Shown here one piece after another: positions 54,591 through 64,000 of a stretch of DNA of 64,000 bases (position 1 is its first letter; the number at the start of each line of letters is the position of its first letter). Source of the stretch: Paludibacteraceae bacterium (lineage in GTDB: Bacteria > Bacteroidota > Bacteroidia > Bacteroidales > Paludibacteraceae); contig CAJOFT010000001.1 in the NCBI GenBank assembly GCA_905234025.1, positions 1,042 to 65,041 of the forward strand, written 5' to 3'. The translations under genes were made by a program, and so were the position numbers. The notes beneath the pieces are model-generated. The model saw nothing but the letters and a program-made list of their open reading frames with translations, ran no database searches and had not been told where the DNA came from.

Positions 54591-56264
54591 ATGGCACAGA
54601 CAATTTCTTTGTATTGCAAGAACAACAAACAGTTCTATGACGTAGAATGCGGCACTTCCATTATGGACTTTTACAAGCAGACGGGTATTGAGCTTAAGTT
54701 CCCGGTTGTAGCAGCGCGCGTGAACTACAAAGTACAAGATTTGCGGTATATTGTTTATAAGCCCAAAGACGTTGAGTTTATAGATGCCAGTTGCCCGGAT
54801 GGGATGCGTGTGTACGTGCGTACGCTGTGTATGGTGATGGCCTGTGCTGTAGATGAGTTACATCCAGACCTTACTTTACGAATAGAGCATCCTATTTCCA
54901 AAGGGTATTTCTGTACGCTTCGCGATGCGAGCGGTGTAAAGGTGACGTTGACTCCCGAGATGATAGCTGCAATACGCGAGCGTATGCAGCAGATTATTAA
55001 CGAAAATAGGACCATTGAGGTGGAGGAGAAACAAACAAAAATTGTAATGCAGCTTTTCCGTGAGCGTCGCGATTACGAATCCACGTTGTTGGAGACCTTG
55101 GGAAATCCGTATTGCCGTTTCTTCCGGATGGGCAATTTTATTGATTATTACAATGGTGTTTTAATGCCCTCTACCGGATGTCTCAATATATTTGATTTGC
55201 AGCCGTATTACAATGATATGTTGTTACGGATTCCGTGTCGCGAAGACCCGAATCGTTTGGAAGATATGATTGAGCAAGACAAGATGTTTGACATTTTTAA
55301 GGAGTTTGTTGGTTGGAATAAGTTGCTGCATATCAGTAATGTAGGAGAATTTAACAAAGCTTGTCGTAACAATCGTTCGTATGAGATGATTAAACTCAGC
55401 GAGGCATTGCATGAGAAGAAAGTGGCTCAGATAGCGGATATGATTGTAGGACGTGAAAACAGACCGCGGTTTGTGCTCATATCCGGTCCGTCGTCTTCCG
55501 GTAAAACAACGTTTTCCAAGCGTTTGACGATACAACTGATGGTTAACGGTATTCGACCGGTAGTGTTATCGTTGGATAATTACTTTGTTAATCGTGATGA
55601 CACGCCTCGTGATGAGAATGGAGATTGGGATTTTGAGCATATCAATGCTGTTGATTTACCGCTATTGCAAGAGCAAGTAAAGGGCCTTTTGGATGGACAA
55701 GAAGTTAAGATACCGACATACAACTTCGAAACCGGCAAGCGTGAGTTTAAAGGTAATACTCTCAAACTGGAGAAAGATACTATAGTTATTTTAGAGGGGC
55801 TTCACGCTCTTAATCCGTTGTTGCTGCCCAATATCCCGAAGGAAGCAACTTTCCGTATCTTTGTAAGTCCGATGACCACAGTTAATTTGGATAACCATAA
55901 CTGGATTCCGACTACGGATTTGCGTCTTATTCGCCGCATTGTTCGCGACTATCGTTACCGCAACTACTCAGCTCGTGAGACTATTGCGCGTTGCCCGAGT
56001 GTTCGGCGTGGTGAAGAGAAGTGGATTTATCCTTTCCAAGAAAATGCAGACGTCATGTTCAACTCGGCATTGTTGTTTGAGTTGGCCGTATTGAAACGTC
56101 ATGCAGAACCGATGCTGGCCGAAGTCCCCAAATATTGTGACGAGTATGGCGAAGCTCACCGATTGCTAAACTTCCTCAGTTACTTTGAGTCTATTCCAGA
56201 AAGAGAGATTCCGCCGACCTCATTCTTGCGTGAGTTCGTAGGTGGTAGTTCGTTTAGATATTAA
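54591..56264 (+). CDS. Uridine/nucleoside kinase-like P-loop protein with an N-terminal TGS-like domain
   Basis: Walker A GPSSSGKTTFSKRL in the C-terminal half. The N-terminal ~250 aa resemble the ThrRS/TGS-type region found in Bacteroidota 'nucleoside kinase' proteins. Confidence 0.6.
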   Translation: MAQTISLYCKNNKQFYDVECGTSIMDFYKQTGIELKFPVVAARVNYKVQDLRYIVYKPKDVEFIDASCPDGMRVYVRTLCMVMACAVDELHPDLTLRIEHPISKGYFCTLRDASGVKVTLTPEMIAAIRERMQQIINENRTIEVEEKQTKIVMQLFRERRDYESTLLETLGNPYCRFFRMGNFIDYYNGVLMPSTGCLNIFDLQPYYNDMLLRIPCREDPNRLEDMIEQDKMFDIFKEFVGWNKLLHISNVGEFNKACRNNRSYEMIKLSEALHEKKVAQIADMIVGRENRPRFVLISGPSSSGKTTFSKRLTIQLMVNGIRPVVLSLDNYFVNRDDTPRDENGDWDFEHINAVDLPLLQEQVKGLLDGQEVKIPTYNFETGKREFKGNTLKLEKDTIVILEGLHALNPLLLPNIPKEATFRIFVSPMTTVNLDNHNWIPTTDLRLIRRIVRDYRYRNYSARETIARCPSVRRGEEKWIYPFQENADVMFNSALLFELAVLKRHAEPMLAEVPKYCDEYGEAHRLLNFLSYFESIPEREIPPTSFLREFVGGSSFRY

Positions 56265-56268
56265 GAGT

Positions 56269-56778
56269 ATGAGAAAATTATCGATTATAGTTGCATTATT
56301 TTTCTGCATAGCAGGTAGCGCCCAAGATACGCTGGCGATTTCCGTTGATACATTAGCAGCACCGTTAGATACGTTAGTGGCTGAGTCGTCCGATTCGTCA
56401 CGCGTGGTGCTAATAACCGATGTTATGACGAATGTGACAGTTCATCAAGACGAACGTATTGCCGCTTTGCTATACGAGAAATCCGTAGGCAAGACAAACG
56501 AGCCTGTTGAGCGTGATGGCTATCGCGTGCAGATATATTCCTCCAATAGACAGCAGACCGCTAAGCAAGAAGCTATCAAGTTGGAAAAGGAAATGCAAGA
56601 GAAATTAGATGTAGCCGTTTATGTGCTATATACGCCTCCATTCTGGAAGGTGCGCTTGGGAGACTTTGCAACATATGAGGATGCGCAAGACTTTAAGTCC
56701 GGTTTCATACGAACATTTCCGGCGCTCCAAGGTGATACATACGTAGTCCGAGACCAAGTTCTGTTGACTACGTTCTAA
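56269..56778 (+). CDS. SPOR domain protein
   Basis: Start taken at MRKLSIIVALFF. C-terminal GYRVQIYSSNRQQTAKQEA...FWKVRLGDFATYEDAQ is SPOR-like. Confidence 0.7.
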   Translation: MRKLSIIVALFFCIAGSAQDTLAISVDTLAAPLDTLVAESSDSSRVVLITDVMTNVTVHQDERIAALLYEKSVGKTNEPVERDGYRVQIYSSNRQQTAKQEAIKLEKEMQEKLDVAVYVLYTPPFWKVRLGDFATYEDAQDFKSGFIRTFPALQGDTYVVRDQVLLTTF

Positions 56779-56783
56779 AAAGA

Positions 56784-56810
56784 AAAAGACGCTGTTTAGC
56801 GTCTTTTTCT
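56784..56810. terminator. Bidirectional terminator (SPOR gene / potD)
   Basis: AAAAGACGC / GCGTCTTTT stem. The potD stop codon lies in the loop. Confidence 0.7.
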
Positions 56811-58115
56811 ACTACTGGATTTACGTTGAATCTTTTTCTGTTTGTTGTTATTGATAACTTGAAAAACTGCAAACAGAACAATAGCCAGAATAACGACAAT
56901 AATTACGCCTAACATCAGCGGGCTGAGGTTGTCGCCTTTGACGCGATTCCACATCTTAACCAATTCTTCATTCATGTCACCGGCATCGTGCATAAGCGCG
57001 CAACGTTCAATGACACTTTTATCCGGGTATTGAACAGGATTGGCGTGAATAGCCTTGGCATCTTCGCCGAAGAAATAACTGAGATCCAACGTGTTTTCCC
57101 ACTCTTCGCTGTCATCAATCCAATCAAGGACTTCTGGTGTAGAAATAACGGATACATAGCCGATAAAGTCCATGTTCTTGATAGCATTCTCGGGAATACA
57201 CATATAGTTGATAAACCAGGAAGCGGCTTTCTCATTCTTGGCATATTTAGGAATACACCAACCGTCAAACCAAACGTTTGAGCCCTCTTCTGGAATAATA
57301 TATTCGAGATTAACGCCCATCTCTGCTGCTTCGTCGATAGCCCATTGAGCATCACCGGACCAACTGAGATTCATCCAAGTTTTGCCTTTGGTCATTTCTT
57401 CTTTACCGAAATCTACTTCCCAGCCGGCAACATTGTTCTTAGCAGCCATCAGAACCTCTTCTACGCGTGCAATGCGTTCGGGAGTGATGTTTTCTACCAG
57501 TTCGTTGCGGGTTATTTCGCCGCGAGCAATCTCATCACGGAAGGCATAAAGTACAATTACCGAATATACATCGCGGAAAGCGTCTTTCATATAGATTTTT
57601 CCCTCGAACTTCGGGTCAAGGATGGCGCCCCATGAGTGTAAGTCTTCGCGGTCAACAAACTTTGGATTGTAAATAAAACCGGTTGTTCCCCACATATATC
57701 CTACCGTATAGTCGCTAACATTTTCCGTTTTAGACATTTGTTGGAACTTATCTACCACGAAAGGTGCCACGTTGTCAAAATTGCGTTGGTCAGCCGGAAT
57801 AAGATCTTTGTTAATCTTCTTCAGCAAGTTCGCTTTAAGCATGCGCTCAATGATGTACTCGGATGGGCAAATGACGTCATAATCTTCGTGACCAACTTCA
57901 ATCTCGGTCAACATGGATTCATTGATGTCAAATGTCTGATAGATGACTTCCACCTCTTCTCCGGTCATTTGGCGATACCAACTTGGGAAAGAATCAAGGA
58001 CTTCAGTGTCGATGTAGTCTGCCCAGTTATAGACTTTGAGGGTGTGTGCGCGGTCAGCCGCGAAACTGCTCATAGCAAAAGCTGTAACGAGCAACGAGAA
58101 AAAGAACTTCTTCAT
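56796..58115 (-). CDS. potD: Spermidine/putrescine ABC transporter substrate-binding protein with a C-terminal TM anchor
   Basis: PotD-like periplasmic binding fold (KVYNWADYI..., WMNLSWSGDA). An extra C-terminal hydrophobic helix and basic tail. Last gene of the potABCD string. Confidence 0.8.
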   Translation of the reverse strand: MKKFFFSLLVTAFAMSSFAADRAHTLKVYNWADYIDTEVLDSFPSWYRQMTGEEVEVIYQTFDINESMLTEIEVGHEDYDVICPSEYIIERMLKANLLKKINKDLIPADQRNFDNVAPFVVDKFQQMSKTENVSDYTVGYMWGTTGFIYNPKFVDREDLHSWGAILDPKFEGKIYMKDAFRDVYSVIVLYAFRDEIARGEITRNELVENITPERIARVEEVLMAAKNNVAGWEVDFGKEEMTKGKTWMNLSWSGDAQWAIDEAAEMGVNLEYIIPEEGSNVWFDGWCIPKYAKNEKAASWFINYMCIPENAIKNMDFIGYVSVISTPEVLDWIDDSEEWENTLDLSYFFGEDAKAIHANPVQYPDKSVIERCALMHDAGDMNEELVKMWNRVKGDNLSPLMLGVIIVVILAIVLFAVFQVINNNKQKKIQRKSSSRKRR

Positions 58116-58132
58116 TTTTTACGTTGATAATT

Positions 58133-59026
58133 TTAGTTTGTGATAGAGTTATTTTTTATTTGGTTTGACTGTTTGGCAGCTCGCCAGTTGATGATAATCA
58201 AAAGCACGAGCATGGTAATAAATATTAGTGAGAACAAAGGTCTCAATTCCGGGGTTAAACCTCCCTTACGTGCATCGGCATAAATGAAGGTGGATAAGGT
58301 ATCCAATCCTCCGCTACCTTTGGTAAAGAATGTCACGCCGAAATCGTCAATACTCAAGGTGATTGAGAGAATAAAGCCACTGAGCATTCCCGGCCAAAGT
58401 TCCGGCATCATGACTTTGTGTAAAGCTTGGAACGGGGTTGCGCCAAGGTCAAGAGCCGCTTCATAGATGTTTGGATTCATTTTGGTCAAACGGGGCATCA
58501 CACTTAGAACCACATACGGCGTACAGAAAACAACGTGTGCTATTATAACGGTAGCCAGGCCGCGACTGATGCCCAAGAATACAAACAAAAGGAACAAGGA
58601 AATACCCGTCAATATATCGGGGTTTATCATCGGTATACTATTGAGGAACTGCACAGCTTTACGTCCTTTTTGCCGCATGTTGAAGATGCCGATAGCAGCG
58701 AGTGTGCCGAGTAATGTAGCAAACGTAGCAGCAACAACCGCGATTAATAAAGTGTAGAAGAGGGAGTGATACAAGTTCGGATCTACATGCACTTGTGCGA
58801 CATGGTCGTAACCGGTAAATAGGTTTTCATACAATCCAAAAGTGAAGCCTGTCCAGTTTCCGAGTACCTTACTTTTGGTGAAAGAGAAGATGATAATGAG
58901 TATAATAGGGGCATATAACAGCAACAACAGGAACCATAAGTATGTCTGCGATGCTATGCGACGCGCAGTCAAATTCTTCTCCCGTTTGCGGGCTTCTATT
59001 TGGGCGGATGATAAGTTTTCTTTCAT
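58133..59026 (-). CDS. potC: Spermidine/putrescine ABC transporter permease
   Basis: Six-TM permease with the EAA-type loop (YEAALDLGATPFQALHKV). ATG at 59026; a TTG at 59038 would abut the potB stop. Confidence 0.8.
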   Translation of the reverse strand: MKENLSSAQIEARKREKNLTARRIASQTYLWFLLLLLYAPIILIIIFSFTKSKVLGNWTGFTFGLYENLFTGYDHVAQVHVDPNLYHSLFYTLLIAVVAATFATLLGTLAAIGIFNMRQKGRKAVQFLNSIPMINPDILTGISLFLLFVFLGISRGLATVIIAHVVFCTPYVVLSVMPRLTKMNPNIYEAALDLGATPFQALHKVMMPELWPGMLSGFILSITLSIDDFGVTFFTKGSGGLDTLSTFIYADARKGGLTPELRPLFSLIFITMLVLLIIINWRAAKQSNQIKNNSITN

Positions 59027-59038
59027 TGTTGCTGTCAA

Positions 59039-59839
59039 TTAAATAATGGAAGCCGTACCGGATTCCTCTTCGTTGTTACCAAAGAAACTCGTTAAACCGA
59101 TGATAATTAGCATAATGAGTGACAAAGCTGCTCCGTAGTTCCACATTTGTAAGCCACCTTCTCCGAATGCACGTTGGATAAGTGAACCGAAAAGGGTGAT
59201 TTTATTGCGGGTAAGTAGTTCTGCAATGGCGAAGGTGCTGACAGTCGGCATAAAGACCATGATGATACCGCTGTAGATGCCAGGGACGGAAAGTGGGAGT
59301 ATTACTTTAGTGAATACTTCTGCGCGATTAGCGCCAAGGTCATGTGCCGCCTCAATGAGGGATTTATCCATTTTCTGCAGGGTGTTGTATATGGGGTAAA
59401 TCATAAACGGCAGAAAATCGTAGCACATACCGTAGATTAAAGCTCCTTCGCCCAACGGGATTGAAAACATGTTAAATAATTCAACTGTTGCTAATGTGCG
59501 AAGTAAGAAATTTATCCACATGGGGAGGATAAACAACATTGACATGACGGCCGGTGTTTTGAGTTCTGCCGTAGCCATTATGTATGCGGCTGGATAGCCT
59601 AAAAGTAAGCATATAATGGTGGTCAGCATGGCTATGGCAATAGAATATATAAAAGTATTTACGGCTTCGCTGGTAGCAAAGAACTGTACAAAATTTTTAA
59701 TGGTAAAATTGCCCTGCGGATCCGTAAATGCATATACAAATATCAATAACAACGGTAGCACCACAAAAAGCACTAAAAAAAGTACATAAGGCCAGGCCCA
59801 GGTGCGGCGGCTGTTGAATATAGCGCTTAACTTAATCAT
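59039..59839 (-). CDS. potB: Spermidine/putrescine ABC transporter permease
   Basis: Permease with the EAA loop (IEAAHDLGANRAEVFTKV). Confidence 0.8.
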   Translation of the reverse strand: MIKLSAIFNSRRTWAWPYVLFLVLFVVLPLLLIFVYAFTDPQGNFTIKNFVQFFATSEAVNTFIYSIAIAMLTTIICLLLGYPAAYIMATAELKTPAVMSMLFILPMWINFLLRTLATVELFNMFSIPLGEGALIYGMCYDFLPFMIYPIYNTLQKMDKSLIEAAHDLGANRAEVFTKVILPLSVPGIYSGIIMVFMPTVSTFAIAELLTRNKITLFGSLIQRAFGEGGLQMWNYGAALSLIMLIIIGLTSFFGNNEEESGTASII

Positions 59840-59853
59840 AGTCTAAATCGGAT

Positions 59854-61305
59854 TTAGTCCACTTTGCACAAACGGATGGAACTCGGTGCTATCTGTATGC
59901 CGACACGGTCGCCATCATCCCAGACATCATTCGTGTCCACAAAGAGATCGTCGCCATCGTCAGTACGAATAGTTAAATGGTAGTGATCGCCTTTGTATAA
60001 AATGAAATGCACTTCGCCTTGCAATACACCATCTTCTTCGTGGTCAAGTAAGGTAACGCGCTCAAAAGAGACACGTACTTCCACTTTCTCTCCGGCACTG
60101 AAGCGCTCGGCGGTGCTGTCACTTACTTCCCATTCTTCGTCGAGGAATAGCACGCTGCCACCTTCGAGCATCTCTCCCTCAAATGTGTTCCAAAGTCGTT
60201 CTTTGTGCATAACCTGAATGTCTTCTGGTTTGACAAGCATTCCGACTTTTGTGCCAGGGAGGAATTCATGGTAGTCTTGAACCATAAATTCGTAGTCATT
60301 ATCGGTTTGAATAACCATTTCATAGTGGACGCCTTTGAAAATACAGCTTACTACTGTACCATACCATTTGGTAAACTTGCCTTTTGGCACACGGTCTTCG
60401 GGATCATAGTCGGACAAGTCCGGCTGGGCATTCTTGTCGGTTGCCCATATATAAATGTCTTCCGGACGAATAACCACATCAACGGGAGTATTCTCACCAA
60501 ATCCTGAGTCAACGCAGTCAAATTCTTGGTCGCAGAATTCGACACGCTTATCGCGAATCATGGTGCCATTAAGGATGTTACTTTCACCGATAAAGTCTGC
60601 CACAAAGCAGTTGACGGGTTCGTTGTAAATGTCCGTAGGTGTTCCTATTTGCTGAATGCGGCCTTCGCTCATAACCACAACACGGTCGCTAAGTGTAAGC
60701 GCTTCTTCTTGGTCATGCGTAACATAAATAAAGGTAATGCCGAGCTTTTTGTGCATCTCTTTTAACTCGAGTTGCATGTCCTTCCGCATTTTTAGGTCCA
60801 ATGCGGCAAGCGGCTCATCCAAAAGAAGTACTTCGGGCTGATTCACGATGGCACGGGCAATGGCAACTCGCTGTTGCTGGCCGCCGGAAAGCGAATCTAC
60901 ATCGCGGAATTCATAGTCGGTCATGCCGACAGTTTTAAGAGCCTGTTTGACGCGCTTAATCATGGAGTCTTTGTCCACGTTCTTGAGTTTCAAACCAAAA
61001 GCTACATTGTCGAATACGTTTAAATGAGGGAATAAGGCGTACTTCTGGAACACCGTATTAACCGGACGTTTGTGTGGAGGTGTTTGCGTAATATCCTCGC
61101 CTTTTAATAAAATATCTCCTTCGCTTGCCACCTGAAAGCCGGCTATACAACGTAGCAAAGTGGTCTTTCCGCAGCCGGATGGGCCGAGGATGGTCACAAA
61201 CTCGCCTTTTTGCACTTGCAGGCTAACATCGTTCAACGCAAACTTACCATCCTCGAACTGTTTCGATACATGGTTAACTTCAATGATGTACTCGGGTTGC
61301 TTCAT
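59854..61305 (-). CDS. potA: Spermidine/putrescine ABC transporter ATP-binding protein (extended C-terminus)
   Basis: Walker [10 protein letters not shown], signature [14 protein letters not shown], Walker B LLLDEP. The long C-terminal OB/TOBE-like region appears duplicated. Confidence 0.85.
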   Translation of the reverse strand: MKQPEYIIEVNHVSKQFEDGKFALNDVSLQVQKGEFVTILGPSGCGKTTLLRCIAGFQVASEGDILLKGEDITQTPPHKRPVNTVFQKYALFPHLNVFDNVAFGLKLKNVDKDSMIKRVKQALKTVGMTDYEFRDVDSLSGGQQQRVAIARAIVNQPEVLLLDEPLAALDLKMRKDMQLELKEMHKKLGITFIYVTHDQEEALTLSDRVVVMSEGRIQQIGTPTDIYNEPVNCFVADFIGESNILNGTMIRDKRVEFCDQEFDCVDSGFGENTPVDVVIRPEDIYIWATDKNAQPDLSDYDPEDRVPKGKFTKWYGTVVSCIFKGVHYEMVIQTDNDYEFMVQDYHEFLPGTKVGMLVKPEDIQVMHKERLWNTFEGEMLEGGSVLFLDEEWEVSDSTAERFSAGEKVEVRVSFERVTLLDHEEDGVLQGEVHFILYKGDHYHLTIRTDDGDDLFVDTNDVWDDGDRVGIQIAPSSIRLCKVD

Positions 61306-61336
61306 TTTTTATGCACATAACTTGCCAATTACGCCG

Positions 61337-61344
61337 CAAAGGTA
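61337..61344 (-). promoter_or_regulatory. -7 box for potABCD
   Basis: Reverse-complement TACCTTTG, about 31 nt upstream of the potA ATG. No clean -33 element. Confidence 0.45.
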
Positions 61345-61406
61345 CAACTTTTAATTGAATAATTAAAAGATTTTGAGGAAAAAAGCACTTTTTTTGCTAA
61401 AAAAGC

Positions 61407-63419
61407 TTATAATGGGTCCACATTTGGAATAATTTGGACATTTTTGCAGTCCGGAAGCGTCAAAACAAAATCTATTTGCTCTTGCAACATTTGTTTGGCA
61501 CGAGCATAATTGGAAGTTGTTTCGATGCGCAGTTGTATTGTGCGAATGAACCAGTTTTGCAGGCGTGCGATAGATGGTTCAATGACTACAGAACAACGGG
61601 AGCCAAATACCTTGTTCAGTAGGTTTTGCAGCATATTGGCAGCAGCGATTACACGTTGCTCATTGCGATGACGAAGGACCAATGTTATCATTCTGCTGAA
61701 TGGTGAATAATTAAATGCTTGACGTTCTGCTATTTGCGAGTTGTAAAAACTGAGGTAGTCATGATTATTCAGGTCCTCAAAAATGTGGTTTGTCGTATCG
61801 TAGGTTTGAATAATCACTTCGCCTTGTTCGCCTTTGCGACCGGCACGACCACTAACTTGTTCCAACAACTGAAAAGCGCGTTCATAGCATCGGAAATCCG
61901 GTTGGTTGAAATGATTGTCTGCGTTGAGAATTGCGACGAGGCTTACATCGTCAAAATGCAACCCTTTGGACACCATTTGCGTGCCGATAAGAATATCCAC
62001 TTCATGTTGAGCGAAAGCATTGATGATTTTTTGGTGGGCTGATTTTTCGGATGTTGTATCTAAATCCATCCGTAGAACACGAGCCTCCGGAAACAATTCC
62101 GAAACTTCTTCTTCCAAGCGCTCGGTTCCAAAGCCATTTATAGTCATTGATCCGCCGCAGGACGGACATTGTGTCGGCATTGGAATAGAGTATCCGCAGT
62201 AGTGGCACACCAATCTATGGTTGTGCATGTGCAATGTCATCGGAACATCGCAGTTGGTGCATCGCGGTGAAGTACCACAATCTGTGCAGGTCATCATCGG
62301 TGCATAACCGCGGCGGTTTTGGAAAAGTATAATCTGTTTTTTCCGAGCCAGTTCTTCCCGTATACGCTGTATCAAGGAATCGGAGAAATGGCCGCACATT
62401 TCTTTGCGATGGTACTGTTGACGTAAATCAATCAGCGTAATCTTAGGCAATTCCAGTCCGGCAAATCGCTCTGTCATGGTAACCAATCCATATTTGCCGT
62501 TTTGTGCATTATAGTACGATTCCACCGATGGTGTGGCAGTTCCCAAAAGCACTTTTGAACCACTATTATGCGCCAACATGATAGCGACTGAACGAGCGTG
62601 ATAGCGCGGGGCTGGCTCTTGCTGTTTGTAACTGGGTTCATGCTCTTCATCCACGATTACTAACCCCAGATTCTCAAATGGTAGAAAAACTGCCGATCTG
62701 GCTCCGACAATCAGTCTGGGCTGAGGCTGTAACTGTTGTCTGTAAATCTCCGCACGCAATGCATCAGAGACTCGAGAGTGATATACAATCACTTTGTCTC
62801 CGAAAACATGTTGTAATCGGTCGGTTAATTGGGTGGTTAATGCAATTTCCGGCACTAAATAAAGCACTTGTTTCCCTGCTGCTAATTGCTCCTCAATGAG
62901 GTGCATATAAACCTCCGTCTTCCCGGACGAGGTTACGCCGTGTAGCAGCACAACGTCGTTTTTGTGCCAGCATGAATGAATGTGTTCGAATGCACGTTCT
63001 TGTTGTGTGTCTAAAGTGTGAATTGGCTCGATTTCACCGGTATAATTTGGTAATGAAACGCGTCGTTTCTTCACAGGAGAAAACGAGTATCCTTTGTCGC
63101 CGATTTTCTTGGGTAAAGCGGCAGCCATTGTATCGCCAATTGGACACATATAGTAGTCTGCTATCCATTGCCACAATTGTAATTGACGCTCGGTAACTAC
63201 TGGCGTTTCATCGAGTTGAGAGATGATGTTCTTCAGTACTACTCCTTCTCGCAGGGCCCCTATGTGCTTTCCGCGAACAATGCCGACAAGTTCTTTATTA
63301 CCCAATGAAACAACTACCCGCACACCGACGGGCGGGTAGTACATATCATCCGGCACACGATAGGAATAAGTGTCTCGGATGCCTAAAGGTAATATTACAT
63401 CAATTATTTTCAGCGGCAG
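61407..63419 (-). CDS. priA: Primosomal protein N' (replication restart helicase PriA); start codon uncertain
   Basis: Walker A GVTSGKTEVY, DEEH box, four CxxC zinc motifs (CTDCG, CTNCD, CHYCG, CPSCG). The conserved N-terminus [17 protein letters not shown] is encoded upstream of the first GTG (63356). The upper limit is set by the in-frame stop at 63426-63428. Confidence 0.85.
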   Translation of the reverse strand: MPLKIIDVILPLGIRDTYSYRVPDDMYYPPVGVRVVVSLGNKELVGIVRGKHIGALREGVVLKNIISQLDETPVVTERQLQLWQWIADYYMCPIGDTMAAALPKKIGDKGYSFSPVKKRRVSLPNYTGEIEPIHTLDTQQERAFEHIHSCWHKNDVVLLHGVTSSGKTEVYMHLIEEQLAAGKQVLYLVPEIALTTQLTDRLQHVFGDKVIVYHSRVSDALRAEIYRQQLQPQPRLIVGARSAVFLPFENLGLVIVDEEHEPSYKQQEPAPRYHARSVAIMLAHNSGSKVLLGTATPSVESYYNAQNGKYGLVTMTERFAGLELPKITLIDLRQQYHRKEMCGHFSDSLIQRIREELARKKQIILFQNRRGYAPMMTCTDCGTSPRCTNCDVPMTLHMHNHRLVCHYCGYSIPMPTQCPSCGGSMTINGFGTERLEEEVSELFPEARVLRMDLDTTSEKSAHQKIINAFAQHEVDILIGTQMVSKGLHFDDVSLVAILNADNHFNQPDFRCYERAFQLLEQVSGRAGRKGEQGEVIIQTYDTTNHIFEDLNNHDYLSFYNSQIAERQAFNYSPFSRMITLVLRHRNEQRVIAAANMLQNLLNKVFGSRCSVVIEPSIARLQNWFIRTIQLRIETTSNYARAKQMLQEQIDFVLTLPDCKNVQIIPNVDPL

Positions 63420-63990
63420 TAGCTTTTAAATAACATGCGCGGCATAAGGGCTCATAACTGTCGGTTTCACCGAGTAAAACGCGCTTCTCAGAAGCAACCA
63501 ATCGGTGGCTTACATAAGCAAGATCGCCGCAATGCACACAGATTGCGTGCGTCTTGTACACATCTTCAGCAATAGCCATCAATGCTGGCATCGGACCAAA
63601 GGGGACACCTTTAAAATCCATATCGAGTCCGGCTACAATGACGCGGATGCCGCGTTCGGATAACTGTTTACATACGTCCACAATGCCCATGTCAAAGAAC
63701 TGCGCCTCATCAATACCTACCACATCGATATCATTTGCCAATAACAAGATGTTTTGACTGCTATCTACCGGAGTAGATTGAATCACATTGTGGTCATGAC
63801 TGACAACATCTTCAACGCTGTAACGCACATCAATAGCTGGCTTGAAAATCTCTACGCGTTGTTTAGCGAACTGCGCACGTTTCATACGGCGGATCAATTC
63901 TTCCGTCTTGCCGGAAAACATAGAACCGCAAACTACTTCAATACTGCCCTTCCTGCGAATGGGACCTTGGGTGTCTCTTTCTGAAAACAT
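63400..63990 (-). CDS. tdk: Thymidine kinase
   Basis: [12 protein letters not shown]-loop, VGIDEAQFF, and a C-terminal Cys cluster (CVHCG...CRAC). Confidence 0.9.
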   Translation of the reverse strand: MFSERDTQGPIRRKGSIEVVCGSMFSGKTEELIRRMKRAQFAKQRVEIFKPAIDVRYSVEDVVSHDHNVIQSTPVDSSQNILLLANDIDVVGIDEAQFFDMGIVDVCKQLSERGIRVIVAGLDMDFKGVPFGPMPALMAIAEDVYKTHAICVHCGDLAYVSHRLVASEKRVLLGETDSYEPLCRACYLKATAAENN

Positions 63991-64000
63991 ATTATTGTCT

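Noticed and set aside
59840-59853. The near-palindrome CTAAATC-G-GATTTAG between potA and potB.
   Set aside because: A 1-nt spacer cannot form a hairpin loop. The element largely consists of the potA stop codon and AT-rich spacer, so there is no evidence for function.

Overview
The window reads as a chromosomal segment from a Bacteroidota (Bacteroidales-like) genome. The evidence is many intergenic regions carrying the Bacteroides-type promoter (TTTG, 19-21 nt, TAnnTTTG), frequent lipobox lipoproteins, and the gene content. I call about 52 protein genes and one tRNA-Arg(UCU). I see no rRNA, CRISPR array, integrase, transposase or prophage genes.

Most of the window is housekeeping:
- alpha-glucan (glycogen) genes: GH133 debrancher, GT4 and GH57 at 15842-20350, malQ at 30022-32625, glgP at 34139-36709
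- clpA/C-like ATPase, trxA, rpoD, mutL, pyrE, psd, deoC
- a fused NfnAB-like oxidoreductase, miaB, gyrB, a LOG-family gene, kdsA and kdsD
- potABCD, priA, tdk, and an M13 peptidase

The best candidate for an undescribed system is the tightly coupled envelope operon at 908-8529. It holds a TPM protein with an embedded zinc ribbon, LemA, and six exported proteins that I cannot assign to any characterised family. One of the six has collagen-like Gly-X-Y blocks.

The second class of unexplained signal is a set of short tandem arrays:
- two five-unit arrays of ATGTAAGGAC(T/A), at 20586-20640 and 48031-48085
- an 11-bp x3 array upstream of mutL
- an 11-bp x3 array inside the RNase II/R-like gene
- TAGTCNN 7-mers directly after two stop codons

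Other points worth a look:
- an alternating Py-Pu (Z-DNA-prone) tract in the gyrB leader
- a tRNA-Arg 22 nt upstream of rpoD
- a priA whose conserved N-terminus lies upstream of any canonical start codon
- an RNase II/R-family enzyme lacking the N-terminal OB domains
- an outer-membrane barrel gene translationally coupled to a ribbon-helix-helix gene
- several apparently near-leaderless genes

Coordinates of small hand-located motifs were anchored to the ORF track but may be off by 1-2 nt. All family calls come from motifs I recognise by eye, not from database searches.
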